DNA of 44,355 nucleotides from Escherichia coli (GTDB lineage Bacteria; Pseudomonadota; Gammaproteobacteria; Enterobacterales; Enterobacteriaceae): NCBI RefSeq assembly GCF_044324785.1, contig NZ_CP172130.1; one strand, 5' to 3'. Shown piece by piece: positions 7,345 to 18,588 of this stretch (position 1 is its first letter; each line of letters starts with the position of its first letter). The notes under the pieces were generated by a model. It saw only the letters and a program-made list of their open reading frames with translations, ran no database searches and was not told where the DNA came from. The position numbers and the translations under genes were made by a program.

Positions 7345-10269
7345 TTAAGCAACGTTTTCTGCCTCTGACGCCTCTTTTAATGGTCTCAGATGTCCTTTGG
7401 TCACCAGTTCTGCCAGCGTGAAGGAATAATGGCCGAGCATATTGATATGTCCGTGGCAAAGCGGGGAGAGGCGTGCGATATCTTCATCATTCAGTGTTTC
7501 ACCCTGCGCCCGGAGATGATCCAGGGCTGCCTGCATATAAATAGTGTTCCATAACACGACGGCGTTAGTGACCAGCCCCAGTGTGCCCAGTTGATCTTCC
7601 TGACCGTCGGTATATCGTTTTCTTATCTCACCTTTTTGACCGTGACAGATGGCTCTGGCAACGGCATGGCGACTTTCTCCCCGATTAAGCTGGGTCAGAA
7701 TGCGCCGGCGGTAATCTTCATCATCAATATAATTAAGCAGATACAGCGTTTTGTTGATGCGCCCCACTTCAATGATTGCCTGAGTCAGTCCGGAAGGACG
7801 TTCACTTTTCAGCAATGAACGGACCAGCACTGAAACCTGTACTTTGCCCAGCTTCAGGGAGCCAGCGGTCCGGATCATTTCGTCCCACTGAAGGACTATT
7901 TTTCGGGGATCTGATTGCCCTCTGGCAATATCATTCAGCACGCCATAGTCGGCATCATGGTCCATTCGCCAGAAAACCGAAGCACCGGCATCAGCCAGGC
8001 GTGGAGAAAACTGGTATCCCAGCAGCCAGAAAAGGCCAAAGACAAGTTCGCTGGCACCTGCTGTATCGGTCATAATTTCGGTTGGATTCAGCCCGGTCTC
8101 CTGTTCCAGAAGACCTTCCAGCACAAAGATAGAGTCCCTCAGCGTCCCCGGTATAACGATGCCATGAAAGCCGGAATACTGATCGGACACAAAGTTGTAC
8201 CAGGTGATCCCTCTGTTATTACCAAAGTATTTGCGGTTCGGTCCGGCATTGATTGTTCTGACTGGCGTAACAAAGCGCATTCCATCTGCAGATGCCACTT
8301 CTCCTCCACCCCATATCTGTGCCAGTGGCAGCGTTGCCTGAAAATCAACCAGTCTGGCATTAGCGCTGGTGATAGTTTCAGCCCGCAGATAGTTCGCTTT
8401 TGTCCAGTTCAGCCGGTGTCGGGTCAGTGCAGGAACATTTGATCTGATCAGTGGTTCCAGACCGATATTGCAGGCTTCAGCCATCAGCACGGCGCTGATG
8501 CTGACGGGCAGATCATCAACTCTGGCACTGGCTTCACTAGCATGGAAAAACTCATCAGCAAATCCGGTATGGGCGTTAATTTCGAGCAGCAACTCCGTTA
8601 AATCCACCGGAGGGAGTAGATCACTGATCATTTTGCTCAGTCGTTTCAGACTGTCCGGCTCATCAAGACTGGCGAGGGGAGAAATTGTCAACCGGGGCTT
8701 CGGGCCAGAAACATCGAGTTCGACAGCCTCATTTTCGCAAAGACGTGCAGCAACCTGTCTGTAACGACTATCAAGCTGATGACCCAGAGATTTTATTGCT
8801 TCCTGCGGGTCTGTCGGGTGCCCCAAAGAACGATAAACCTTAATCCGGTTTGCCTGCCAGTCAGCACCCTGTAGTAATCTTGCACGAGGATCTCCCCACC
8901 GGTTACTGCCGGTAACGTAGACATCCCTCCGCCTCAGACTATCCTGCAGTTTACTGAGAAAGCAGAGCGTGTATCCCCTGCGGGTGATATGTTTTTCCTT
9001 GTTAATCACCAGCCGTTTCCATGACCGACTGATAATTTCCGTTGGTGCGTCGTCAAAAAACTGCCGCCGTGAGCTGAACTCCCGGCTGAGGTAGTCACAG
9101 GCATTCAGAGTGGTAACCCCGGCAGGTGCGGATGAAAATTTAACGGTATTCAGCAGATGGGGCAGGAAACGACGAACGCGCCCGTACTGCTCCACCATTT
9201 CTTCATGAAAATTATCGTCTGAGGGCCGGGCAATTTCACGGACAAGCGTGATGATTTCAGCCAGCTTTTGCCTTGGGATGTAGCTGAACACCTCAGCACG
9301 AATCGATTCGTCCGGTGTTTCTTCTTTCAGCAGGTACGAACATGCGCTGGCGAGCGCCAATGCAGATTTATCCAGATCCTTCAGCGAGCGGAGCCGTTTT
9401 TTCTGCCCAATCTTTCTGGCGTCACGGATGATAACGGCCAGCATGGCGTCCAGAACGTCCAATGCATCATCCAGCGCCAGCGTTTCCCATGCAAGGACAA
9501 AGGCAACCAGAACCGCCATCCTTTTCTGCGGTGACATCCTGGCAATATTGAACACCGAAGTCATACCAGCATAACGTGCGAGATTTTTCAGGCGCACAGC
9601 CGGGAGTGTACTCAGGTTTTCAGCATGCAGGCCAAAATCGTTCAGAGTTTTCCAGCGTTCAATTGCTTCATTAAACGCCGGACCACTGATGGTCACAGGG
9701 CCCTTTTTCAGTGATTCCAGTAAAGACAGGCGGCTGCAATCAGTTGGCCCCAGCAGCATCTCCAGCTGTGAACGCTGTTCGGCTGACGGTATCAGTGCCA
9801 GTTTGTTCCACAGGCGCAACGTCGCCTTTTCCCTTACCTCTGAAATCAACCGGGTCAGCGTAGTGGCTCCGGGGAGAATAATACGATGTTGCATAAGCCA
9901 CCCTGTCGCCAGATCGAAAAGCAGGCCAGGACGTTCGTTGCTTATCCAGCTCCGGGTATATAAAAGACGGGTAAGGCGAAATGTCCAGGGCCAGGCAAAT
10001 TCACGATACTGATAGTGCTGACGTATCAGCGCTGCATGCTCACGGCGGGTATTTTCCCTCTGACCGTATTCTGCAAGAACGGTGATATCACGAATCCCGA
10101 GCTGTCTGGCGGTAAAATGCCGGACGCCGGAAGGAATATGATTCATATCGGTGAGGAAGGTGCCCAGAAAACGGACACATCCAATTTGCAGGGCAATGCC
10201 CAGACGGTTGTGATCACCTCTGCTTTTTCCGATAAATTCCTTGTCTGCTTCATCAAGGTGAAAATATCG
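7345..10269 (-). pseudogene. tnpA: Tn3 transposase tnpA, 3' portion (interrupted by IS26)
   Basis: Translation matches Tn3 TnpA from ...RYFHLDEADKEF... to the C-terminus; stop codon lies within the terminal IR; reading frame is broken at 10269/10270 by the IS26 end. Confidence 0.85.
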
Positions 10270-11089
10270 GGCACTGTTGCAAAGTTAGCGATGAGGCAGC
10301 CTTTTGTCTTATTCAAAGGCCTTACATTTCAAAAACTCTGCTTACCAGGCGCATTTCGCCCAGGGGATCACCATAATAAAATGCTGAGGCCTGGCCTTTG
10401 CGTAGTGCACGCATCACCTCAATACCTTTGATGGTGGCGTAAGCCGTCTTCATGGATTTAAATCCCAGCGTGGCGCCGATTATCCGTTTCAGTTTGCCAT
10501 GATCGCATTCAATCACGTTGTTCCGGTACTTAATCTGTCGGTGTTCAACGTCAGACGGGCACCGGCCTTCGCGTTTGAGCAGAGCAAGCGCGCGACCATA
10601 GGCGGGCGCTTTATCCGTGTTGATGAATCGCGGGATCTGCCACTTCTTCACGTTGTTGAGGATTTTACCCAGAAACCGGTATGCAGCTTTGCTGTTACGA
10701 CGGGAGGAGAGATAAAAATCGACAGTGCGGCCCCGGCTGTCGACGGCCCGGTACAGATACGCCCAGCGGCCATTGACCTTCACGTAGGTTTCATCCATGT
10801 GCCACGGGCAAAGATCGGAAGGGTTACGCCAGTACCAGCGCAGCCGTTTTTCCATTTCAGGCGCATAACGCTGAACCCAGCGGTAAATCGTGGAGTGATC
10901 GACATTCACTCCGCGTTCAGCCAGCATCTCCTGCAGCTCACGGTAACTGATGCCGTATTTGCAGTACCAGCGTACGGCCCACAGAATGATGTCACGCTGA
11001 AAATGCCGGCCTTTGAATGGGTTCATGTGCAGCTCCATCAGCAAAAGGGGATGATAAGTTTATCACCACCGACTATTTGCAACAGTGCC
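10270..11089 (-). mobile_element. IS26, copy 1 (820 bp)
   Basis: 14-bp terminal inverted repeats GGCACTGTTGCAAA; encodes Tnp26; identical to the other two copies. Confidence 0.9.
10322..11026 (-). CDS. tnp26: IS26 transposase Tnp26
   Basis: [34 protein letters not shown]...; 234 aa from the MNPFKG start. Confidence 0.9.
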   Translation of the reverse strand: MNPFKGRHFQRDIILWAVRWYCKYGISYRELQEMLAERGVNVDHSTIYRWVQRYAPEMEKRLRWYWRNPSDLCPWHMDETYVKVNGRWAYLYRAVDSRGRTVDFYLSSRRNSKAAYRFLGKILNNVKKWQIPRFINTDKAPAYGRALALLKREGRCPSDVEHRQIKYRNNVIECDHGKLKRIIGATLGFKSMKTAYATIKGIEVMRALRKGQASAFYYGDPLGEMRLVSRVFEM

Positions 11090-11091
11090 CT

Positions 11092-11373
11092 TTACAGCAC
11101 GTACAGGAGTTCGAGAAGTTGCTTAAACGTCATAACTGTCGCGGTCTGTTTTGCCATACCGGGAAAACCGGCGCAGGTTCAAAATCTGTCAGTATTGCCA
11201 GTGAACGGATGGAGATTATCAGCGGCCAGCGCCTGATAGATTTGCTCACGCCCGGTAGCTCCTTCACTATCGCAACCGCCCCGCAGACGATGATGAAGCG
11301 TACCGCAGCAACGCTAGAAACGAGCACCATTGTTAAAGATGCCGGTAAAGAAAATCGATACCATGAGAGTTAA
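11092..11373 (+). pseudogene. 3' fragment of an unidentified gene truncated by IS26
   Basis: Open frame running in from the IS26 boundary with no start codon (…GKTGAGSKSVSIASERMEIISGQRLIDLL…), ending at TAA 11371..11373. Confidence 0.3.
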
Positions 11374-11377
11374 TTAA

Positions 11378-11575
11378 ATGAAGTCAGTAACTATAGAAGC
11401 AAAAACATTTGCTGAAATGTTAGGAATAACAGAAGGTGAGTTAATCTTTGCCATTAAGAAAACTGGCACATTCAAAAACAAGACAATCCCACAACCTCAT
11501 GAGCCACATAAATCAAATAATAGATTTTTATATTCAGACGTAATGAGGTTTATAGAATCACTAAAAGACAAATAG
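11378..11575 (+). CDS. Hypothetical small protein (65 aa) in the segment trapped between two IS26 copies
   Basis: ORF begins 5 nt after the preceding fragment; AT-rich; no recognised domain. Confidence 0.3.
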   Translation: MKSVTIEAKTFAEMLGITEGELIFAIKKTGTFKNKTIPQPHEPHKSNNRFLYSDVMRFIESLKDK

Positions 11576-11584
11576 AACCGGTAA

Positions 11585-12404
11585 GGCACTGTTGCAAAGT
11601 TAGCGATGAGGCAGCCTTTTGTCTTATTCAAAGGCCTTACATTTCAAAAACTCTGCTTACCAGGCGCATTTCGCCCAGGGGATCACCATAATAAAATGCT
11701 GAGGCCTGGCCTTTGCGTAGTGCACGCATCACCTCAATACCTTTGATGGTGGCGTAAGCCGTCTTCATGGATTTAAATCCCAGCGTGGCGCCGATTATCC
11801 GTTTCAGTTTGCCATGATCGCATTCAATCACGTTGTTCCGGTACTTAATCTGTCGGTGTTCAACGTCAGACGGGCACCGGCCTTCGCGTTTGAGCAGAGC
11901 AAGCGCGCGACCATAGGCGGGCGCTTTATCCGTGTTGATGAATCGCGGGATCTGCCACTTCTTCACGTTGTTGAGGATTTTACCCAGAAACCGGTATGCA
12001 GCTTTGCTGTTACGACGGGAGGAGAGATAAAAATCGACAGTGCGGCCCCGGCTGTCGACGGCCCGGTACAGATACGCCCAGCGGCCATTGACCTTCACGT
12101 AGGTTTCATCCATGTGCCACGGGCAAAGATCGGAAGGGTTACGCCAGTACCAGCGCAGCCGTTTTTCCATTTCAGGCGCATAACGCTGAACCCAGCGGTA
12201 AATCGTGGAGTGATCGACATTCACTCCGCGTTCAGCCAGCATCTCCTGCAGCTCACGGTAACTGATGCCGTATTTGCAGTACCAGCGTACGGCCCACAGA
12301 ATGATGTCACGCTGAAAATGCCGGCCTTTGAATGGGTTCATGTGCAGCTCCATCAGCAAAAGGGGATGATAAGTTTATCACCACCGACTATTTGCAACAG
12401 TGCC
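11585..12404 (-). mobile_element. IS26, copy 2 (820 bp)
   Basis: GGCACTGTTGCAAA terminal inverted repeats; identical Tnp26 ORF. Confidence 0.9.
11637..12341 (-). CDS. tnp26: IS26 transposase Tnp26
   Basis: Identical protein to copy 1. Confidence 0.9.
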   Translation of the reverse strand: MNPFKGRHFQRDIILWAVRWYCKYGISYRELQEMLAERGVNVDHSTIYRWVQRYAPEMEKRLRWYWRNPSDLCPWHMDETYVKVNGRWAYLYRAVDSRGRTVDFYLSSRRNSKAAYRFLGKILNNVKKWQIPRFINTDKAPAYGRALALLKREGRCPSDVEHRQIKYRNNVIECDHGKLKRIIGATLGFKSMKTAYATIKGIEVMRALRKGQASAFYYGDPLGEMRLVSRVFEM

Positions 12405-12449
12405 ACTTGACCTGATAGTTTGGCTGTGAGCAATTATGTGCTTAGTGCA
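12405..12449 (-). other. Remnant (about 45 bp) of class 1 integron 3'-conserved segment, truncated by IS26
   Basis: Reverse complement reads GCACTAAGCACATAATTGCTCACAGCCAAACTATCAGGTCAAGT, the start of the 3'-CS directly after an attC core GTTAGAT; abuts the IS26 end. Confidence 0.7.
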
Positions 12450-12493
12450 TCTAACGTCAAAATCAGCGGCGCGTTTTTATGCGTCCGCTGGAT

Positions 12494-13315
12494 TTACTTG
12501 TTGTGCGGCGTCGCAGACTCATTGAGCAACCTTTTTGCCTGCGCAATTACAGTTCTCGGAAGCTCGATATTCAGAGGTTCTGTCACGCTCTTGAACAATT
12601 CGAGACTCCACGTCCACGTTTGATGATAGGCTGCACATAGTGCTCTTGGTTCTGCACTGCTTGTGCATGCCAGATAGCGATTATACGAGTCCTCCGAGAT
12701 ATCCTTTTCGAGCGCGCGTGAAGGTGTCGGCCAGTGGTCTGTTGCCCCTTCGTGGAGTCGAACCAGCTTGAGTAGGTTTTCATGTGCTTTGCTGAGCAAA
12801 GCCCAGGCGCGAGCGTACTCTCCCCGATTTAAAAGATTGGCCCCAAAGAGCATCAGGCTGATGAGGTTCAACACAAGCCCTTCCACCAGCGGCGCGCCTT
12901 CACGTATCGGGGGACCGCCCACGAGAGCGCTTGCGTACCTTGACAACTCTCCTGATCGGTCCAACAAAACAGCCGCCTCAAGCGAGGGAAACCACCCATA
13001 GCCTTGCCAAGTGGAAATGACCGGTATGTCCGATTTTCGCATGAAATGGAATTCACCGCGAATGCCGTTTTCAAAAAGTGCGGTGTGGTGGCCGAAGTCG
13101 TCCGGAAAGTAAGCAGCAACCGGACTTACGGCATTAAGCCACGAGCGCTGATCGAAATTTTCAAAATGGTCATCCTGGATGAACACTGCGAATTCGATAT
13201 CAGAGAACTCGTCACCCTCTCCGATAGCAAATGAGCCGAACATCAATGCCGCGATTATTCGTGCATCCTCATGACAACCTTCCTTGAAGAGTTCGATCAT
13301 TTTCAGTTGAAGCAT
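12494..13315 (-). CDS. lnu(F): Lincosamide nucleotidyltransferase gene cassette
   Basis: 273-aa protein recognised as Lnu(F)/LinF-type; cassette position between the aadA2 attC and the 3'-CS junction. Confidence 0.8.
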   Translation of the reverse strand: MLQLKMIELFKEGCHEDARIIAALMFGSFAIGEGDEFSDIEFAVFIQDDHFENFDQRSWLNAVSPVAAYFPDDFGHHTALFENGIRGEFHFMRKSDIPVISTWQGYGWFPSLEAAVLLDRSGELSRYASALVGGPPIREGAPLVEGLVLNLISLMLFGANLLNRGEYARAWALLSKAHENLLKLVRLHEGATDHWPTPSRALEKDISEDSYNRYLACTSSAEPRALCAAYHQTWTWSLELFKSVTEPLNIELPRTVIAQAKRLLNESATPHNK

Positions 13316-13389
13316 AGAAATATCCTTTTATTGAAGCCACAGATTATGAGGAAAGGTATACGCAGATTTTTGTTTTTTTTCGTCAGCAC

Positions 13390-13445
13390 AACGCCGGAGT
13401 TAAGCCGCCGCGCGTAGCGCGGTCGGCTTGAACGAATTGTTAGAC
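13390..13445 (-). other. attC recombination site of the aadA2 cassette
   Basis: Reverse complement reads GTCTAACAATTCGTTCAAGCCGACCGCGCTACGCGCGGCGGCTTAACTCCGGCGTT, an imperfect palindrome typical of aadA attC. Confidence 0.8.
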
Positions 13446-13446
13446 A

Positions 13447-14238
13447 TCATTTACCAACTGACTTGATGATCTCGCCTTTCACAAAGCGAATAAATTCTTC
13501 CAAGTGATCTGCGCGTGAGGCCAAGTGATCTTCTTTTTGTCCCAGATAAGCTTGCTTAGCTTCAAGTAAGACGGGCTGATACTGGGCAGGTAGGCGTTTT
13601 ATTGCCCAGTCGGCAGCGACATCCTTCGGCGCGATTTTGCCGGTTATTGCGCTGTACCAAATGCGGGACAACGTAAGCACTACATTTCGCTCATCGCCGG
13701 CCCAGTCGGGCTGCGAGTTCCATAGCTTCAAGGTTTCCCTCAGCGCCTCGAATAGATCCTGTTCAGGAACCGGGTCAAAGAATTCCTCCGCTGCCGGACC
13801 TACCAAGGCAACGCTATGTTCTCTTGCTTTTGTAAGCAGGATAGCTAGATCAATGTCGATCATGGCTGGCTCGAAGATACCCGCAAGAATGTCATTGCGC
13901 TGCCATTCTCCAAATTGCAGTTCGCGCTTAGCTGGATAACGCCACGGAATGATGTCGTCGTGCACAACAATGGTGACTTCTACAGCGCGGAGAATCTCGC
14001 TCTCTCCAGGGGAAGCCGAAGTTTCCAAAAGGTCGTTGATCAAAGCTCGCCGCGTTGTTTCATCAAGCCTTACGGTCACCGTAACCAGCAAATCAATATC
14101 GCTGTATGGCTTCAGGCCGCCATCCACTGCGGAGCCGTACAAATGCACGGCCAGCAACGTTGATTCCAGATGGCGCTCAATGACGCTTAGCACCTCTGAT
14201 AGTTGGTTCGAAATTTCGATGGTCACCGCTACCCTCAT
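13447..14238 (-). CDS. aadA2: Aminoglycoside 3''-adenylyltransferase (streptomycin/spectinomycin resistance) gene cassette
   Basis: Protein from MRVAVTIEISNQLSEVLSVIERHLESTLLAVHLYGSAVDGG... matches AadA2; the N-terminal extension in the ORF track is read-through into attI1. Confidence 0.9.
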   Translation of the reverse strand: MRVAVTIEISNQLSEVLSVIERHLESTLLAVHLYGSAVDGGLKPYSDIDLLVTVTVRLDETTRRALINDLLETSASPGESEILRAVEVTIVVHDDIIPWRYPAKRELQFGEWQRNDILAGIFEPAMIDIDLAILLTKAREHSVALVGPAAEEFFDPVPEQDLFEALRETLKLWNSQPDWAGDERNVVLTLSRIWYSAITGKIAPKDVAADWAIKRLPAQYQPVLLEAKQAYLGQKEDHLASRADHLEEFIRFVKGEIIKSVGK

Positions 14239-14386
14239 GATGTCTAACTTTGTTTTAGGGCGACTGCCCTGCTGCGTAACATCGTTGCTGCTCCATAACA
14301 TCAAACATCGACCCACGGCGTAACGCGCTTGCTGCTTGGATGCCCGAGGCATAGACTGTACCCCAAAAAAACAGTCATAACAAGCC
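14239..14386. promoter_or_regulatory. attI1 region of class 1 integron, including a P2 promoter with the GGG insertion
   Basis: Reverse complement contains TTGTTATGACTGTTTTTTTGGGGTACAGTCTATGCCTCGGGCATCCAAGCAGCAAGCGCGTTACGCCGTGGGTCGATGTTTGATGTTATGGAGCAGCAACGATGTTACGCAGCAGGGCAGTCGCCCTAAAACAAAGTTAGAC. Confidence 0.8.
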
Positions 14387-15184
14387 ATGAAAACCGCCAC
14401 TGCGCCGTTACCACCGCTGCGTTCGGTCAAGGTTCTGGACCAGTTGCGTGAGCGCATACGCTACTTGCATTACAGCTTACGAACCGAACAGGCTTATGTC
14501 CACTGGGTTCGTGCCTTCATCCGTTTCCACGGTGTGCGTCACCCGGCAACCTTGGGCAGCAGCGAAGTCGAGGCATTTCTGTCCTGGCTGGCGAACGAGC
14601 GCAAGGTTTCGGTCTCCACGCATCGTCAGGCATTGGCGGCCTTGCTGTTCTTCTACGGCAAGGTGCTGTGCACGGATCTGCCCTGGCTTCAGGAGATCGG
14701 AAGACCTCGGCCGTCGCGGCGCTTGCCGGTGGTGCTGACCCCGGATGAAGTGGTTCGCATCCTCGGTTTTCTGGAAGGCGAGCATCGTTTGTTCGCCCAG
14801 CTTCTGTATGGAACGGGCATGCGGATCAGTGAGGGTTTGCAACTGCGGGTCAAGGATCTGGATTTCGATCACGGCACGATCATCGTGCGGGAGGGCAAGG
14901 GCTCCAAGGATCGGGCCTTGATGTTACCCGAGAGCTTGGCACCCAGCCTGCGCGAGCAGCTGTCGCGTGCACGGGCATGGTGGCTGAAGGACCAGGCCGA
15001 GGGCCGCAGCGGCGTTGCGCTTCCCGACGCCCTTGAGCGGAAGTATCCGCGCGCCGGGCATTCCTGGCCGTGGTTCTGGGTTTTTGCGCAGCACACGCAT
15101 TCGACCGATCCACGGAGCGGTGTCGTGCGTCGCCATCACATGTATGACCAGACCTTTCAGCGCGCCTTCAAACGTGCCGTAGAA
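14387..15184 (+). pseudogene. intI1: Class 1 integron integrase intI1, truncated at the 3' end by IS26
   Basis: Translation [53 protein letters not shown]... matches IntI1 until ...QRAFKRAVE, where the IS26 end begins. Pc inside the gene looks like the weak variant (TGGACA ... TAAGCT). Confidence 0.85.
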
Positions 15185-16004
15185 GGCACTGTTGCAAAGT
15201 TAGCGATGAGGCAGCCTTTTGTCTTATTCAAAGGCCTTACATTTCAAAAACTCTGCTTACCAGGCGCATTTCGCCCAGGGGATCACCATAATAAAATGCT
15301 GAGGCCTGGCCTTTGCGTAGTGCACGCATCACCTCAATACCTTTGATGGTGGCGTAAGCCGTCTTCATGGATTTAAATCCCAGCGTGGCGCCGATTATCC
15401 GTTTCAGTTTGCCATGATCGCATTCAATCACGTTGTTCCGGTACTTAATCTGTCGGTGTTCAACGTCAGACGGGCACCGGCCTTCGCGTTTGAGCAGAGC
15501 AAGCGCGCGACCATAGGCGGGCGCTTTATCCGTGTTGATGAATCGCGGGATCTGCCACTTCTTCACGTTGTTGAGGATTTTACCCAGAAACCGGTATGCA
15601 GCTTTGCTGTTACGACGGGAGGAGAGATAAAAATCGACAGTGCGGCCCCGGCTGTCGACGGCCCGGTACAGATACGCCCAGCGGCCATTGACCTTCACGT
15701 AGGTTTCATCCATGTGCCACGGGCAAAGATCGGAAGGGTTACGCCAGTACCAGCGCAGCCGTTTTTCCATTTCAGGCGCATAACGCTGAACCCAGCGGTA
15801 AATCGTGGAGTGATCGACATTCACTCCGCGTTCAGCCAGCATCTCCTGCAGCTCACGGTAACTGATGCCGTATTTGCAGTACCAGCGTACGGCCCACAGA
15901 ATGATGTCACGCTGAAAATGCCGGCCTTTGAATGGGTTCATGTGCAGCTCCATCAGCAAAAGGGGATGATAAGTTTATCACCACCGACTATTTGCAACAG
16001 TGCC
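15185..16004 (-). mobile_element. IS26, copy 3 (820 bp)
   Basis: GGCACTGTTGCAAA terminal inverted repeats; followed immediately by AAATATCG, which duplicates 10262..10269. Confidence 0.9.
15237..15941 (-). CDS. tnp26: IS26 transposase Tnp26
   Basis: Identical protein to copies 1 and 2. Confidence 0.9.
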
Positions 16005-16093
16005 AAATATCGTGCCAGCTGAAGCTCATCCGGTTCACCGGTGAATCTGCCATAGCTTTCAGTCTGCTCAGTGGTCAGAAAGTCAACGGGCAT
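16005..16093 (-). pseudogene. tnpA: Tn3 transposase tnpA, 5' fragment (first 29 codons)
   Basis: Encodes MPVDFLTTEQTESYGRFTGEPDELQLARY, then is cut by IS26; continues in frame with 10269 once the IS26-bounded segment and one copy of the 8-bp duplication are removed. Confidence 0.8.
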
Positions 16094-16095
16094 AT

Positions 16096-16814
<719 letters not shown>

Positions 16815-16984
16815 TACGCCTATTTTTATAGGTTAATGTCATGATAATAATGGTTTCTTAGACGTCAGGTGGCACTTTTCGGGGAAATGTGCGCGGAACC
16901 CCTATTTGTTTATTTTTCTAAATACATTCAAATATGTATCCGCTCATGAGACAATAACCCTGGTAAATGCTTCAATAATATTGA

Positions 16985-17857
<873 letters not shown>

Positions 17858-18104
17858 CTGTCAGACCAAGTTTACTCATATATACTTTAGATTGATTTAA
17901 AACTTCATTTTTAATTTAAAAGGATCTAGGTGAAGATCCTTTTTGATAATCTCATGACCAAAATCCCTTAACGTGAGTTTTCGTTCCACTGAGCGTCAGA
18001 CCCCTATACAGATGCACGCATAAAATTCATTTAAAGAAATGGCCATTGACAGACAATCTGAAGTCAAACTAGACAACTGGTGTCTAGTGCCATAATATTG
18101 TGGA

Positions 18105-18198
18105 TGTTGGATGTAGAGTATCTTCCTCCAGTCAGAGCCACCAACTCAGGACTGGAAAACACGAAAAAGCCCGATTACCAGTCGGGTTTTTTTGTGCC
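18105..18198 (+). ncRNA. Candidate small RNA (about 90 nt), putative type I antitoxin acting in trans
   Basis: Sigma70-like promoter TAGACA-17 bp-TAATAT (18070..18098); transcript begins at a 36-nt block about 85% identical to 7163..7198; ends at hairpin plus T8 terminator (18166..18198). Confidence 0.35.
18166..18198 (+). terminator. Intrinsic terminator (short GC stem plus T8 run)
   Basis: AAAAAGCCCGATTACCAGTCGGGTTTTTTT. Confidence 0.5.
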
Positions 18199-18588
18199 TG
18201 TCGTTCGACTGTTCTTCCGTTTTTTCCCTTCATTTGGGGGATTTTCTTTCAGTTTTTTTGTTAAGTCCAATGCTGCCGGTCGCGTTGGCCAACAGATCAA
18301 TGCCGTTATCGGCGTTTTCATAAGTCCCATTTTTTCAGTAAGTTGAGTCACACGAGATGATTAAAAAAGCTGTCAGTTTTTTTGATGGATGCACTAGTGG
18401 CGGTGCACTGCGTAAAATCTGATATTTTTCAGGAAGGACTGAGCGCGAGAATTTACGAAAACGCTTCGGAAAACATCATGAAAATGATGTTCCTGGAGTC
18501 AACCTTTTTGCAGGTATAAAAAACGATAAGACGTTTTTATGCAGACAAAATAAAAGCCTCCTGAACAAGAGGCTTGATGTGAATGCAA

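Noticed and set aside
7065-7421. 118-aa plus-strand ORF and 6774..6971 plus-strand ORF
   Set aside because: The first runs across the Tn3 IR into tnpA antisense and has no RBS; the second overlaps the small minus-strand membrane-protein gene antisense. Better explained by minus-strand features.
7591-10012. Several plus-strand ORFs (7591..7818, 7776..8075, 7915..8442, 8468..8764, 9268..9534, 9689..10012) and minus-strand 8139..8360
   Set aside because: All lie inside the Tn3 tnpA coding region in other frames or on the opposite strand; GC-rich sequence yields long spurious frames.
10499-11236. 245-aa plus-strand ORF (and its copies at 11814..12410 and 15414..16022)
   Set aside because: Antisense to the IS26 transposase gene and present identically in all three IS26 copies; an antisense reading-frame artefact.
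12420-13234. Various short ORFs in both strands within the lnu(F)/3'-CS region (12420..12623, 12583..12783, 12768..13001, 12868..13119, 13004..13234)
   Set aside because: All overlap the lnu(F) cassette in alternative frames.
13447-14457. 336-aa ORF as the aadA2 product
   Set aside because: The first 73 codons cover attI1 and the intI1 start region; the AadA2 match begins at the internal ATG at 14238.
14387-15346. Full 319-aa ORF called as one protein
   Set aside because: The C-terminal 54 residues are read-through into IS26; the IntI1 match stops at 15184.
18080-18346. 88-aa plus-strand ORF
   Set aside because: No RBS, it spans an intrinsic terminator, and its start coincides with the repeat block; better explained as the sRNA candidate.
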